Shown piece by piece: positions 1 to 16,513 of a stretch of 64,000 nucleotides of DNA. Position 1 is the stretch's first letter. Every line of letters begins with the position of its first letter. A program made the position numbers and the translations under genes. The DNA comes from the human T2T-CHM13v2.0 reference genome, Homo sapiens, in the NCBI RefSeq assembly GCF_009914755.1, contig NC_060936.1; one strand, 5' to 3'. Below the pieces are notes generated by a model. That model worked only from the letters and a program-made list of their open reading frames with translations. It had not been told where the DNA came from and did no database searches.

Positions 1-229
1 ACTAATTGTGTGGGTTAAGTTTAACCTAGTGTTGTAAGTATCAGCTGATGTTCTTAACGGGGGTCTCAGGGTGCCCTGAGCAAACCAACTGGTAAGTTCA
101 CCAGGAGAAAAATCAATTATTTACCAGGAAAGCAATGGGAAGACCTAGAAGAATAATGGTGGAAATAAAAAGAAATAGATGGATAAAAAAGATGTGGAGG
201 TAGAATCAGTTGAACTAACCTCTTAGAGT

Positions 230-1720
<1,491 letters not shown>

Positions 1721-2038
1721 AAGAAAATATCTCCCAGGGAGCTGCTTAGCAGTGAAGGGCAAGGAGGGAGGATTGCTACCCTTTGAACAGGTGTCCTGTT
1801 CAAAAAGTGATACAGCAAATCCTGCAAAGTCCGCCTCCTTCCCTCTTCTGCCCCCAAGTTCCTGAGCCTGCACTGCCCTTGCAGAGGCAACCAATACGTC
1901 CACTTTCTTTTCTTGCCGGAGGGTTTCTAAGCTGGACTATTAGCTTGACATGTGATTTTCGGAGACAGAAGATTCAAGGATGTTCCTAGGCTGATGAGAA
2001 GAGAAAGGGGACTGTCTGTGGTGGTCACAACTTTTGGT

Positions 2039-2149
2039 CTCCCATCACCTTTTCCCCCTCCGTAGGGGTAGGACATCAAGATGGGAAAGGAGAGCAACAC
2101 CTAGAAAGGGAAATAGGGAAGCAACTATGGGGTCTGAACTGAGGGCAGG
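2039..2149 (+). repeat. Local direct duplication A, copy 1 (copy 2 at 4404-4512)
   Basis: ctcccatcacctttt...gacatcaagat...caacacctagaaagggaaa...ctgaactg recurs 2365 bp downstream; about 87% identity over the 76-bp core by eye. Confidence 0.9.
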
Positions 2150-2344
2150 AAGAAGGAGGGAACAGTGTTGTTTTTAGACAGTAGGGGAAGAGGAAAAGGT
2201 GAGATAAGATGCCGAGAAAGTTAGCAGGGAAGACGCTGATATGAGACCATCTCGCAAGGTAGTCTCCATGACTTAAGCAACAGGCTGACCGACCTCCAAG
2301 TTTCCAAGTCTCCTGTAGGAGACGAGGAAAATGTCATGGGAGAC

Positions 2345-2450
2345 CCGGAAGTGAGATAAGGTAGGATGAGAAGGTTGCCAGGCAACGCTGAGGTCCGGAT
2401 GGACGCCTGGGCTCATATTTGTGGCTGCATCTTTGGCACAATATGGCGGA
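2345..2450 (+). promoter_or_regulatory. Candidate promoter motif cluster: ETS, RFX X-box, YY1
   Basis: CCGGAAGTG 2345-2353, GTTGCCAGGCAAC 2374-2386, CAATATGGCGGA 2439-2450. Confidence 0.4.
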
Positions 2451-3303
2451 CTTCTCCACCAAGAGGAAACCATAAGGGTTAGGAGCAGAGGAAGAGGAGG
2501 CTTGACTGACTCAGGGTTCGGGGTGCTCAAAGGGAGCGGTGGCCGTGTACCTAACAGGAGTGAGGTCAGAAGGATCGAGTCCCAGGTTAGGGCTGCTGAG
2601 AAAAGACCAGTAGGCTGACTGACCAAACAAGATCGAGGCCAAGAACTGAACGCCTCAGTGAAGCTGGGGCCAGGGCAGCCTGGGTGAAAGTGAAAAAATG
2701 GGGGAGTCGAAAGAGCAGGGGATTCCAGGTCAGACTTTGAGATTGCCTGAGTAACCATGTGTTCAACAACCAGAAATGAAAGGCAAGAAGCTAGTTGGGC
2801 CGCATCTGGACTTTGGTGGACACTAGGCATTTTTGCCTTTGAAGGTCTCTTCCTCCATAAAAATAAAATTTAAGAATGACATTTTACAACTGCATTGGTA
2901 TAAAGGCAAATCTATTAATATTATGTTTTCAAGCATTGTCTTCAACGAAAGTTCAGGGTTTGTTCCTCGCTCTGATTTTAAAAGAAAGAAAAACATTTCT
3001 TGCACTCCTACAAGTATTTTGGGCCTAGGCGCTGTTCCTGCTGTGCCTGGTGGATAAGTCAGCCCTGCATGCAGCCTCCAAAATCGGGAGGTCTGTGCCA
3101 AGCACCTGGGAACCTGGGTCCAAAGGAAGCCCAAGTCTATCTTCCATGGCTCCCCAGCACCCTCCATGCTCAGCTCTTCCCAACCTTTGCCTTTTCCCTA
3201 AAAGGCCCAAACTTCACACCGCCCTAGCTTGCCCACTCTGTCTTTCTAACCCTTTTTCCTCCTCCTCCTGGACTTTCTCGTCCGGCCTGCCCTGTCTTTC
3301 CAG

Positions 3304-3321
3304 CCTCACCTTTTGCCACAG
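3304..3321 (+). other. Candidate 18-nt microexon
   Basis: Branch point TCTAAC 3245-3250, AG-free pyrimidine-rich tract to CAG 3301-3303, donor CAG|GTGAGT 3319-3327. Confidence 0.4.
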
Positions 3322-3545
3322 GTGAGTGCCAGGTACACGGGAGTGTGCAGATGGAGAGGGTGTGTTCATGGAGGCTTGGGCAGAAGCACCGAGACAACAG
3401 ACATGATATTCCAAAGGAGGGGCTGCCTCCATGGGCAGAATATTCCAAAGAAGTGCCTGTCAACTTGAGTATTTGGGTCCTAAACCCCCCACACATCAGG
3501 AATATAAAAAGGGTCCAGCACTGCAAGTAAGAAGAGGGTTCTTTG

Positions 3546-4114
<569 letters not shown>

Positions 4115-4403
4115 CTAGTGGGCCATGGCATGGCAGCAGCCAGTATGAAGTTGTCTTAGGTCCTGCTACAGAGGCCACCTGACCAAGAGGGTGAACAGCC
4201 TTTAGTAAATAGAAGTGGGTGGTGCCACAGGATTCCCACGGCCAAGAAAGGCCCTGGCCCAGGCATCAGCCTGCCCCAGGGGGCTGTTGGGTGAGACCCT
4301 ACAAAGGTACCCATGAGAGAAGGGCTCAGCTTTAAACATACAAAGACCAGAGAACCGGAAGCCAGATGGCCCTCATGATGCCAGCCATGTCCCAATTTTG
4401 GGG

Positions 4404-4512
4404 CTCCCATTACCTTTTCTCCCTCCCAAAGGGGTTAGACATCAAGATAGGAAAGGGGAACAACACCTAGAAAGGGAAAGAGAAAAAAAATGGGGCCTGA
4501 ACTGGGGGCAGG
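4404..4512 (+). repeat. Local direct duplication A, copy 2
   Basis: Matches 2039-2149. Confidence 0.9.
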
Positions 4513-5084
4513 GAGAACAATCAACTTTAAATCAAGTTTGGAGTTCTGATTTTTATATGAACTGGACATTTTAATGATGGCATTGAAATTGGGTTTTAGG
4601 ACTCAAAAGGCTTGAAGAACCATTCTACCTCAGACTGACAAGAAAAGGTAAAGGATCTGCTCCATACTTCACCTACGGGAAGGAGAATTGTCCCTGCAGG
4701 GTGCACTTAGAAGGACAGTGGGAGACAAAGAGCAAGTTGCTTTCTGATTGTATATGATGGGTCATGCTTGTTCAATATAAGAGCTGCTTTGGGCATATCA
4801 TCAAAACACTCTGCCCTCTTTCTGCTGTGTCGTTGCTTAAGCTGCTCCCTCAGCTGGGAAGAGTGGCATCCCTTGCCCTCTTGTTGAAATTCTCCTCCTT
4901 CAAGATCGAGTTTAAATTCTGTGCCTCTGTAACCTTTTCCCCAATCCCCAATCTCTAGCACTTTCATGAGACTGATACATAAAGTCAAAATTCTAACTGA
5001 TTTAAATTGCATAAATGGTGCACCATAGGTAAAAGTTGAGTAAAATAAAAAGAAACTCCACTACCGAGAGATAAACATTAAGAG

Positions 5085-5325
5085 CAGGTGTTATTGATAA
5101 GCCGGGTACTATTTTTAAGTGCTTTGCAAATACCAGCCCATTGGATCCCATGGCATCACCATAGAGGGGGTACTACTACCATCCTATTTTACATGGGAAA
5201 CTACATGTGGAAAGATTAGGTAACTTTACCAAGGTCTCACAGCCTACAAATTGTGGGGCCAGGATTTGAACCCAGGTGGTCCAGCCTCCATAGGCTGAGC
5301 TCTTAACCACTACACGAGGCTGCCT
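5085..5325 (-). mobile_element. MIR
   Basis: MIR core (ttttacatgggaaact...taactttaccaaggtctcacagc...ggatttgaacccagg). Confidence 0.8.
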
Positions 5326-5373
5326 CCCTTGCTACATATCTTTGGTGCCAGCCGTGTCACAAAGTACTCTGGT

Positions 5374-5428
5374 TGGATCATGCATGTGATAATGAGTAGT
5401 GCATTATCTTCTTTAAGTCAGACATACA
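5374..5428 (+). repeat. Local direct duplication B, copy 1 (copy 2 at 6678-6732)
   Basis: 36-bp core tgagtagtgcattatcttctttaagNcagacataca, 35/36 identical, 1304 bp apart. Confidence 0.9.
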
Positions 5429-5767
5429 TAGCCATATCAAGCCTTTTCCTATACAAATATATGCATATAAACATACATGCAAACAATAAATATATAGTAT
5501 ATAAATATATTAGTGAAAACAGGATAGGATACACTACATAATATTTTTAGCCTATTTTTCAACTTAAAAATAAATCATGAATGTCCTTCTATATCAACAA
5601 ATATACACGGCTTTTTTAATGGCTATATACTCTTTTATTGTAACACACTGTAATTTATTTAATTTTCTGGTTTGGGACATTTTGATTTTTCACTTTTGTG
5701 AGTATAAATATTGATTGATGCTTTTTGGTATAAATCTTTCTTCACTAGTCCATTATTTGCTTAACAT

Positions 5768-6423
<656 letters not shown>

Positions 6424-6677
6424 TAGATTGCTAAAAGTAGAAGCATGGGCCAAAGAGTACACAAAATTCTAGGATTTTTTTCCATACATATTGTCAAATT
6501 GTACTCTGGAAAAAATTGTACCAATTTACCCTCACACCCAACAGTGTACGAGAATGCCTGTCTCCCCAAACCCATGCCAACACTGGGTACCAGTATTATT
6601 TTTAGTTTGTTAATCTACTAATTGAAAACTTGTTTCTCATAGTTTTAACTTTGGGATGGCCAGTTTTACACATTTAC

Positions 6678-6732
6678 TGGATTATGCATGCCAGGGTGAG
6701 TAGTGCATTATCTTCTTTAAGGCAGACATACA
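6678..6732 (+). repeat. Local direct duplication B, copy 2
   Basis: Matches 5374-5428; sits between two L1 fragments. Confidence 0.9.
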
Positions 6733-6776
6733 GAGGAAGCCAATTTGTTCTCAGAAGGTTTCTTGTTGAGCAGGAA

Positions 6777-8050
<1,274 letters not shown>

Positions 8051-8091
8051 TGTTTTAGATGTGATATAGTGGAAATAGAACATTGGCTTGA

Positions 8092-8419
<328 letters not shown>

Positions 8420-8532
8420 TCAGTTTTATCATTCAACTGGCTGAACAAGTACCAACCTTGCAGAGCTTTGGTTTCTTCATCTGTGAACTGGTGATGAAAA
8501 TAGTACCTACCCATAATTGAGAGGATTTAAAT

Positions 8533-8713
8533 CAGGGGTTGGCAAATTACAGTCCTTGGACTAAATCTAATCTGGCACCTGTTTTGCAAATAAAGATTTA
8601 TTGGAGCATAGCCATAACCACACCACAAGGACAGAGTTGAATGTTTGTGACAGAGACTGGCCTACAAAGCCATTTACTAGATATACCTTTATAGAAAAAC
8701 TTGCCAACCCCTG
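8533..8713. mobile_element. MER58A-like hAT-Charlie MITE inside a MIR
   Basis: Terminal inverted repeats caggggttggcaa / ttgccaacccctg. Confidence 0.85.
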
Positions 8714-8857
8714 ATCTAGATGATATAATATGCATAAAAATGTTTGAAAATAGTAAAGCATTAATTGTAGTTGTTATTATATATCTTTAATAACAGACCT
8801 TCTGTTTCTGAGAAGAAAGAATGGTTTTCTCACACAATGCCAATCTGAACAGGTAGA

Positions 8858-9158
8858 TTTTTTTTTTTTTTTTTTTTTGAGACAGAGTCTCACTCTGATA
8901 CCTAGGCTGGAGCGCAGTTGCACGATCTTGGCTCACTGCAACCTTCACTTCCCAGATTCAAGCGATTCTACTGCCTCAGCCTCCTGAGTAGCTGGGATTA
9001 TAGGCACGCGCCACCACCCCTGGCTAATTTTTGTATTTTTAGTAGAGACAGGGTTTCACCATGTTAGTCGGGCTGGTCTCGAACTCCTGACCTCGTGATC
9101 CTCCTGCCTCGGCCTCCTAAAGTGCTGGTATTACATGCATGCACCACAGCACCCAGCC
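8858..9158 (-). mobile_element. AluS
   Basis: TSD atctgaacaggtagattt / atctgagcacgtagattt. Confidence 0.95.
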
Positions 9159-9297
9159 ATCTGAGCACGTAGATTTTTAAAAAGCTTGGATGACATATCC
9201 CCTAGTAAGAGTATCATACTAGCAATATTATATCTCATGTAAGTAATATTATAAACAATCAGTTTGATAGATAACACTTTTTATTATGAACAGTTTT

Positions 9298-9589
9298 GTT
9301 TGTTTGTTTGTTTTTCTGAGACAGAGTCTTGCTCTGTCGCCCAGGCTGGAGTGCAGTGATGCGATCTCGGCTCACTGCAAGCTCTGCCTCCTGGGTTCAC
9401 GCCATTCTCTTGCCTCGGCCTCCTGAGTAGCTGGGACTACAGGCACCCGCCACCGTGCCTGGCTAATTTTTTTGCGTGTTTTTAGTAGAGACGGGGTTTC
9501 ACCGTGGTGTCGATCTCCTGACCTCATGATCCGCCCGCCTCGGCCTCCCAAAGTGCTGGGATTACAGGCGTGAGCCACTGTGCCCGGCC
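9298..9589 (-). mobile_element. AluY of the Yd lineage
   Basis: AluY right arm plus 12-bp left-arm deletion (sense gagatcgacaccacggtgaaacc); TSD aacagtttt. Confidence 0.85.
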
Positions 9590-9807
9590 AACAGTTTTAA
9601 ACATAAAGAAAGGTGAGCTCCATATGTCTACCAGCTGGATTTAGCAATTGTTAACATTTTGCCCTATTTGCTTTATGACCTATTATCTCTATCTCTCTAT
9701 CTATCCACCCACCTTACCTATCTGTGTTTATATATTATTTGCCCAATCACTTGAAAGCAAATTGCAGACATCATGAGCCTTCACCCCTAAATACTTCCTT
9801 AGCAAGG

Positions 9808-10481
9808 TGAATGCCCAAGGGGTTCACCTTGCCCGCTGCCTAGAGAGCTGATTCATCAAGACAGGGGAATTGCAATAGAGAAAGAGTAATTCATGCAGAG
9901 CCAGCTGTGCAGAAGACCTGAGTTTTATTATTACTCAAATCATTCTATCCAAACATTCAGGGAGCAGAGTTTTTAAGGATAACTTGGTGGGTGTGGGGAA
10001 GCCAGTGAGCCAGGAGTGCTGATTGGTCAGAGATGAAATCATAGAGAGTCAAAGCTGTCTTCTTGTGCTGAGTCAGTTCCTGGGTGGGGGCCACAAGATC
10101 AGATGAGCCAGTTTATGCATCTGGGTGGTGCCAGCTGATGCATCACGTGCAGGGTCTGCAAAATATCTCAAGCCCTGATCTTAGGAGCACTTTAGGGAGG
10201 GTCAGAATCTTGTAGCCTCCAGCTGCATGACTCCTAAACTGCAATTTCTAATCCTGTGGCTAATGTTAGTCTAGTCCCCAGGCAAGAAGGAGGTCTGCTT
10301 TGGGAAAAGGGCTGTTACCATCTTTGTTTAAACTAGAAACTAGAAACTAAGTTTCTCCCAAAGTTAGTTCAGCCTACGCCCAGGAATGAACAAAGACAGC
10401 TTGGAGGTTGGAAGCAAGATGGAGTCAGCTATGTTAGATCTCTTTTACCGTCTCAGTCGTAATTCTGCAAGGGCGGTTTCG
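9808..10481 (-). mobile_element. LTR8 solo LTR (ERV1) inserted in an old L1M 3' UTR
   Basis: Reverse complement starts (c)gaaaccgcccttgcagaattacgactgagac and ends ggcagcgggcaaggtgaacccc; L1 resumes gcatgcatct. Confidence 0.88.
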
Positions 10482-11223
10482 CATGCATCTTCTGTGAATA
10501 ATGACTTTCTCCTGCAGAATCACAAAATCGTCATCACATGTAAGAAAAGTTGCAACAATTCCCAAATATCATCTAATATTCCATTTTCTCCAATTGTTCA
10601 CAAAATGTATTTCTTACCTCTTTTTTCAAACCAAGAACCAAGGAAGTTTATCTCATTGTGTTTGGTTGTTCTGTTTCTTTTAATCTTATTCCTCCACCTT
10701 TTCTCCCTATGACATTGACTTTTTGAAGAGACAATTTCAGACCATTTAAACCAAATAAACTATGGGCTCTTGGCAGGCAAGGCGATTTTTTTTTTCCACT
10801 ATGCCTCTGAGCACTTAATACAGAACAAGCTGAAAAAATACTTCTTGACTTACTGATTGTGCTATGGCAACTAGGAGCGTTCTGAACAAACGGAGCAGGA
10901 AGCCCTTCTCATATTTGACTAATCAATTAATTAACTTTTACTTTATGTGAGGCAATTACCCTAAAACATTCTGGTTTTGTGCCACCAGTTGTGAGACCAG
11001 AGCTTAATTTCTCCCTGTCCAAAGTGGTGGAAGAGGGGCCTTTGATTTGGTCTCCATTCTGAGGACAACTCAAAGAATTTTGCCCTCAAATAATGTAAGG
11101 GGTAATGGGTAAGGTACAAAAGGTAGAGGATGGAGAATAGCTCAAAGCTACAGGATGGATCAGGTGCTGGTAGATTCTCTCAACCTGACATCCCTTCATC
11201 TGCTTTTCCTTTTAGTGCAATAA

Positions 11224-11573
<350 letters not shown>

Positions 11574-12076
11574 TTTTTCTATTATATTGTTTGCATTTGG
11601 TCATTGTGTTCTCCTGGTTGGGAGTTAAGCCTTTGGATTCTTTTCTTATGTTAATTCAAACATTCCAGCAGACTTGGAAATGGTTTCAGGAGAGGACCCT
11701 TGAATATCTGAGGGTCTAGTTAACGGTAGGGAACATTCCAACATTATTTATTGGAAACCATATAATACATGGAATGAACATTGCATATTTTGAAGAAAAC
11801 CTTGACCCTCATGGTTTTGAGCGTCTAGAAAAGGAGGAAATTTTGGCTGAGAGTTGAAAGCCCTTGTGTTTCCTAACAGCCAATAGTAAATCTTTCCTAG
11901 AAGTTCCGGTGTGAGCTGATTTCCAGCCATTGGGGCTGATCCTAAAATACGTTGTTAGGTGTAACATAGAAGTCAAAAGCCACATTTCTGGAAACTTTGG
12001 AAGCACAAGGGAATGCTCTGTTGACTGAAACAATTAAAGAGGAAATAGACAGGAAGCAGAGCTCAGACGCTGGTGA

Positions 12077-12482
<406 letters not shown>

Positions 12483-12715
12483 ATTATTACATTTCTTTAG
12501 AAGGCCTAGCTGCCTGAGAATTCGGAAGCACTTTCATGTATTTTGTGGCAACTGTCTGGTTTCTATGATTGTGGTTTGGGCTCTCTCTCGCTCACACCTC
12601 TTCTTCTGCCTCTCTCTGTCACCTTTTTCCTCCTTCAGGTCTCTCAGCCCAGCATCACCTTCTCAGAGCAGCCTGCATCCATCCCCTAGACTAGAAATAT
12701 CCCCCTTTCAAATAA

Positions 12716-13142
<427 letters not shown>

Positions 13143-13165
13143 CAGGAATATTTTAATGAAGGTGC

Positions 13166-13796
13166 TGTTACTGGAAAGGGATCCCAATCCAGACCCCAAG
13201 AGAGGGTTCTTGGATCTCATGCAAGAAAGAATTCAGGGCGAGTCCATAAAGTGAAAGCAAGTCCATAAAGGAAAAGCAAAGAGAAAAAAGAATGGCTACT
13301 CCATAGACAGAGCAGCACCAAGGGTTGCTGGCTGGCCATTTTTATGGTTATTTTGTTATTATGTGCTAAACAAGGGGTGGGTTATTTATGAGTTTTCTGG
13401 GAAAGGAGCAGGCAATTCCTGGAACGGAGGGTTCCTCTCCTTTTAGACTATATAGGGTAACTTCCTGATGTTGCTGTGGCATTTGTAAACTGTCACGATG
13501 CTGGTAGGAGTGTCTTTTAGCATGCTAATGCGTTATAATTACCATATAATGAGCAGTGAGGATGAGCAGAGGTCACTTTCATCACCATCTTAGTTTTGGT
13601 GGGTTTCTTTACCACATCCTGTTTTATCAGCAGGGTCTTTGTGATCTGTATCTGTGGTGCCAGTCCTGCTGACCTCCTTTCTCGTCCTGTGACTAGTGAT
13701 GTCTAAGCTCCTGGGAATGCAGCCCTGTAGGTCTCAGCCTTATTTTACCCAGCCCCTATTCAAGATGCAGTTGCTCTGGTTGGAACGTCTCTGACA
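13166..13796 (-). mobile_element. MER41B solo LTR (ERV1)
   Basis: Reverse complement tgtcagagacgttccaaccagagcaactgcatcttgaatagggg...cctttccagtaaca; degenerate TSD gtgc/gtat. Confidence 0.9.
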
Positions 13797-13822
13797 GTAT
13801 GAGTTTGGGAAGAGTTGGAAAT

Positions 13823-13992
13823 GCTGAAGAAGTGACCTGGAGACAGCGAAGGTGACGTAGGGTTTATTGGGGGGACTTACATACAGGGACGGTCCAGTGG
13901 CGGCAGGCTGGCCAGGAGAAGCACTACCATTGTAAAAAGCATGTAGTTGATGTACGATTTTCACTTAGCACCCTCCATCTAGCAACCTCCAT
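13823..13992 (-). repeat. Internal 170-bp LTR47A-like fragment; local duplication C of 15607-15777
   Basis: 11 substitutions and 1 indel versus the nearby full LTR by my count (about 93%); no LTR termini. Confidence 0.88.
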
Positions 13993-14453
13993 ACATAAGT
14001 AGGCTAAGAATATGGACAGAGAATTGACAAAACAAACATAAACCATGAAAAATATGAAACACACCTTTTGAAAGGTCAACCTAAATTGGATTCAAAGAAA
14101 TGCAAATTAAAATATTTTGTCATCAAATCAGCAAAGAAGAAAATAATATGCAATGCTGTTGCAGTGAACGAGATTCTAGTGGAAGTATGTTTTTTGGCAT
14201 AAATATATTCAACACATAAACATAAATATTAATGTATATAAATAATATGTAAACATATTATAAACATATACACAATAATTAATTATATATACATATAAAT
14301 GTATAAATCAATAAATGTCAGAGCAGTGATGAAGACAATAATAATTATGGTAATAATCCCAATCATAAATGTGAACATTTGTTGAGGGCTTACTCACACT
14401 ACTTGTGACATTTCATATATATTATCTCACTTAATCCTGACAACAACCCCCAT

Positions 14454-15495
14454 TGTCTGAAGTACATACCCAAGCCTTATCGCCTCATACCAAGGATATT
14501 GAGGATGCAGACCAGCAAGGAGTGAATTTAAGAGCAGAAGTTTAATAGGCAAAAGAAAGAGGAAAGCTCCCTCGTGCAGAGGAAGGGGTCCTGAACGGGT
14601 TTCTGGGTTCCCAGCAAGATGCCATTGGTTTTATAGATGAGCTTGAGGAGGTGGTATCTGATGTACATAGGATGCAAAAGATTGGTTGGACCAATTCCAT
14701 TTACATAGCATGCAAAGAAGCCGGCTGTCCCATCCTAATCTGTTTTTATACAGATGTGTTCTCTACCTGGCCAGCGTCATGTTGCCTGTTTGCTTACTGC
14801 ACGCATGGTGACAAAACAGAAGGCTCCATGTTGGATATGCCTGGGTCCTAGGTGTCAGGCCTCTGAGCCCAAGCTAAGCCATCATATCCCCTGTGACCTG
14901 CACGTATACATCCAGATGGCCTGAAGCAACTGAAGATCCACAAAAGAAGGGAAAATAGCCTTAACTGATGACATTCCACCGTTGTGATTTGTTTCTGCCC
15001 CACCCTAACTGATCAGCGTACTTTGTAATCTCCCCCACCCTTAAGAAGGTTCTTTATAATTCTCCCCACCCTTGAGAATGTACTTTGTGAGATCCACCCC
15101 CTGCCTGCAAAACATTGCTCCTAACTCCACCACCTATCCCCAAACCTCTAAGAACTAGTGATAATCCACCACCCTTTGCTGACTCTCTTTTCGGACTCAG
15201 TCCGCCTGCACCCAGGTGAAATAAACAGCCTTGTTGCTCACACAAAGCCTGTTTGGTGGTCTCTTCACATGGACGCGTGAGACACTAGGTAGCCCTTTTC
15301 TGTTAGCACAGCTGCTGGCATTCACCTGCGCAAGCTTCCAGCTTGCTTATCTATGTCTGCAGCTTGATTTTTCAGGCTGCCCTTTGTTAGAAAAGAAATG
15401 ATTTGGGGGCTGCTTTTTATTAAAAAGGAAGCCTTGCCAAGGACTCTCTTACCCTTACTAACTGCCTAAAGAATTTCTTTCTAGCTCCTGTATCA
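14454..15495 (-). mobile_element. ERV1 solo LTR, LTR9-like, split by LTR7B and lying in a MIR
   Basis: Reverse complement starts tgatacaggagctagaaagaaatt; halves join across TSD ctagg; subfamily uncertain. Confidence 0.7.
14853..15284 (+). mobile_element. HERV-H solo LTR (LTR7B-like)
   Basis: tgtcaggcctctgagcccaagctaagcc...ggacgcgtgagaca; perfect 5-bp TSD ctagg. Confidence 0.93.
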
Positions 15496-15558
15496 GATGG
15501 ACTATAATCATCCCCATCTTATAGTGGAAGAGAGAGAGGCAGAGAGCAGTTAAGTAGC

Positions 15559-15986
15559 TGTGCCGAACCCCGATGGACTCCAGTAGGGATGACATTGTGT
15601 CTGAGAGCTGAAGAAGTGACCTGGAGACAGCAAAGGAGACGTAGGGTTTATTGGGGGGACTTACATACAGGGACAGTCCAGTGGCGGCAGGCTGGCCAGG
15701 AGAACCACTACCATTTGTGAAAAGCATGTAATTGATATAGCATTTTCACTTAGCACCCTTCACCTAGCAACCTCCATTTAACCCAAACAAAGAGCCTTGA
15801 CCCCTTGTACAGCTTGCATTCCAAAGGATGGCTGGGGGTTTGGGTGTCCTTCTTAGATAAGGGTTTGGCCACTCCTGGATTCCTTCACTTAAGACTCTGA
15901 ACTCACATTCTTCTTAGACCACAAGGTTATCAAGGTTATCCTCAGATGATGCTTAAGCGATTGCTGTCAGGTGCATCTGCCACACA
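15559..15986 (-). mobile_element. LTR47A-like ERVL solo LTR in the same MIR
   Basis: Reverse complement starts tgtgtggcagatgcacctgacagcaat; TSD gtagc/gtagt. Confidence 0.8.
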
Positions 15987-16229
15987 GTAGTTTGCCAAAG
16001 ATCACCCAGTAGCAACGGAATTGGGATTTGAACCAGGCAGTCCTCTGAAGTCTATGCTTTACCGTCTTACCTAAAAAATGTTTATGCCCCTTGGCCTTCT
16101 GATTTCACTTCTGGGAGTCTAGCTCAAGGAAGTATTTCTAAAGATTATCAGGCACAAATATGTTCGCAGAACCATTATGCAAGACATCTATTCCATAGAT
16201 GATTCTGTTGTCCTTAAAAAGGTGTTTAT

Positions 16230-16513
16230 AGCTGGGTGTGGTGGCTCCTATTTGTAATCCCAGCACTTTAGGAGGCCAAGGTGGGAGGATCCCTTGAGGC
16301 CAGGAATTCAAGATCAGCCTGGGCAACATAGCAAGACCGCCATCTCCACAAAATATTTTTTAAAAAATTAGCAGGGTGTGGTGACTTGTGCCAGCTACTC
16401 AGGAGACTTAGGCAGGAGGACTGCTGGAGTTCAGGAGTTCAAAACTGCAGTGAGCTATGATTGCACCACTGAACTTGATCCTGGGCAACAGAGTGGGACC
16501 CTGTCTTTAAAAA
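16230..16513 (+). mobile_element. AluJ within an L1M fragment
   Basis: ggaggatcccttgaggccagg, gggcaacatagcaagacc. Confidence 0.9.

Noticed and set aside
2273-2830. 185-aa ORF on - strand
   Set aside because: No recognisable domain and no supporting exon structure; plausible by chance
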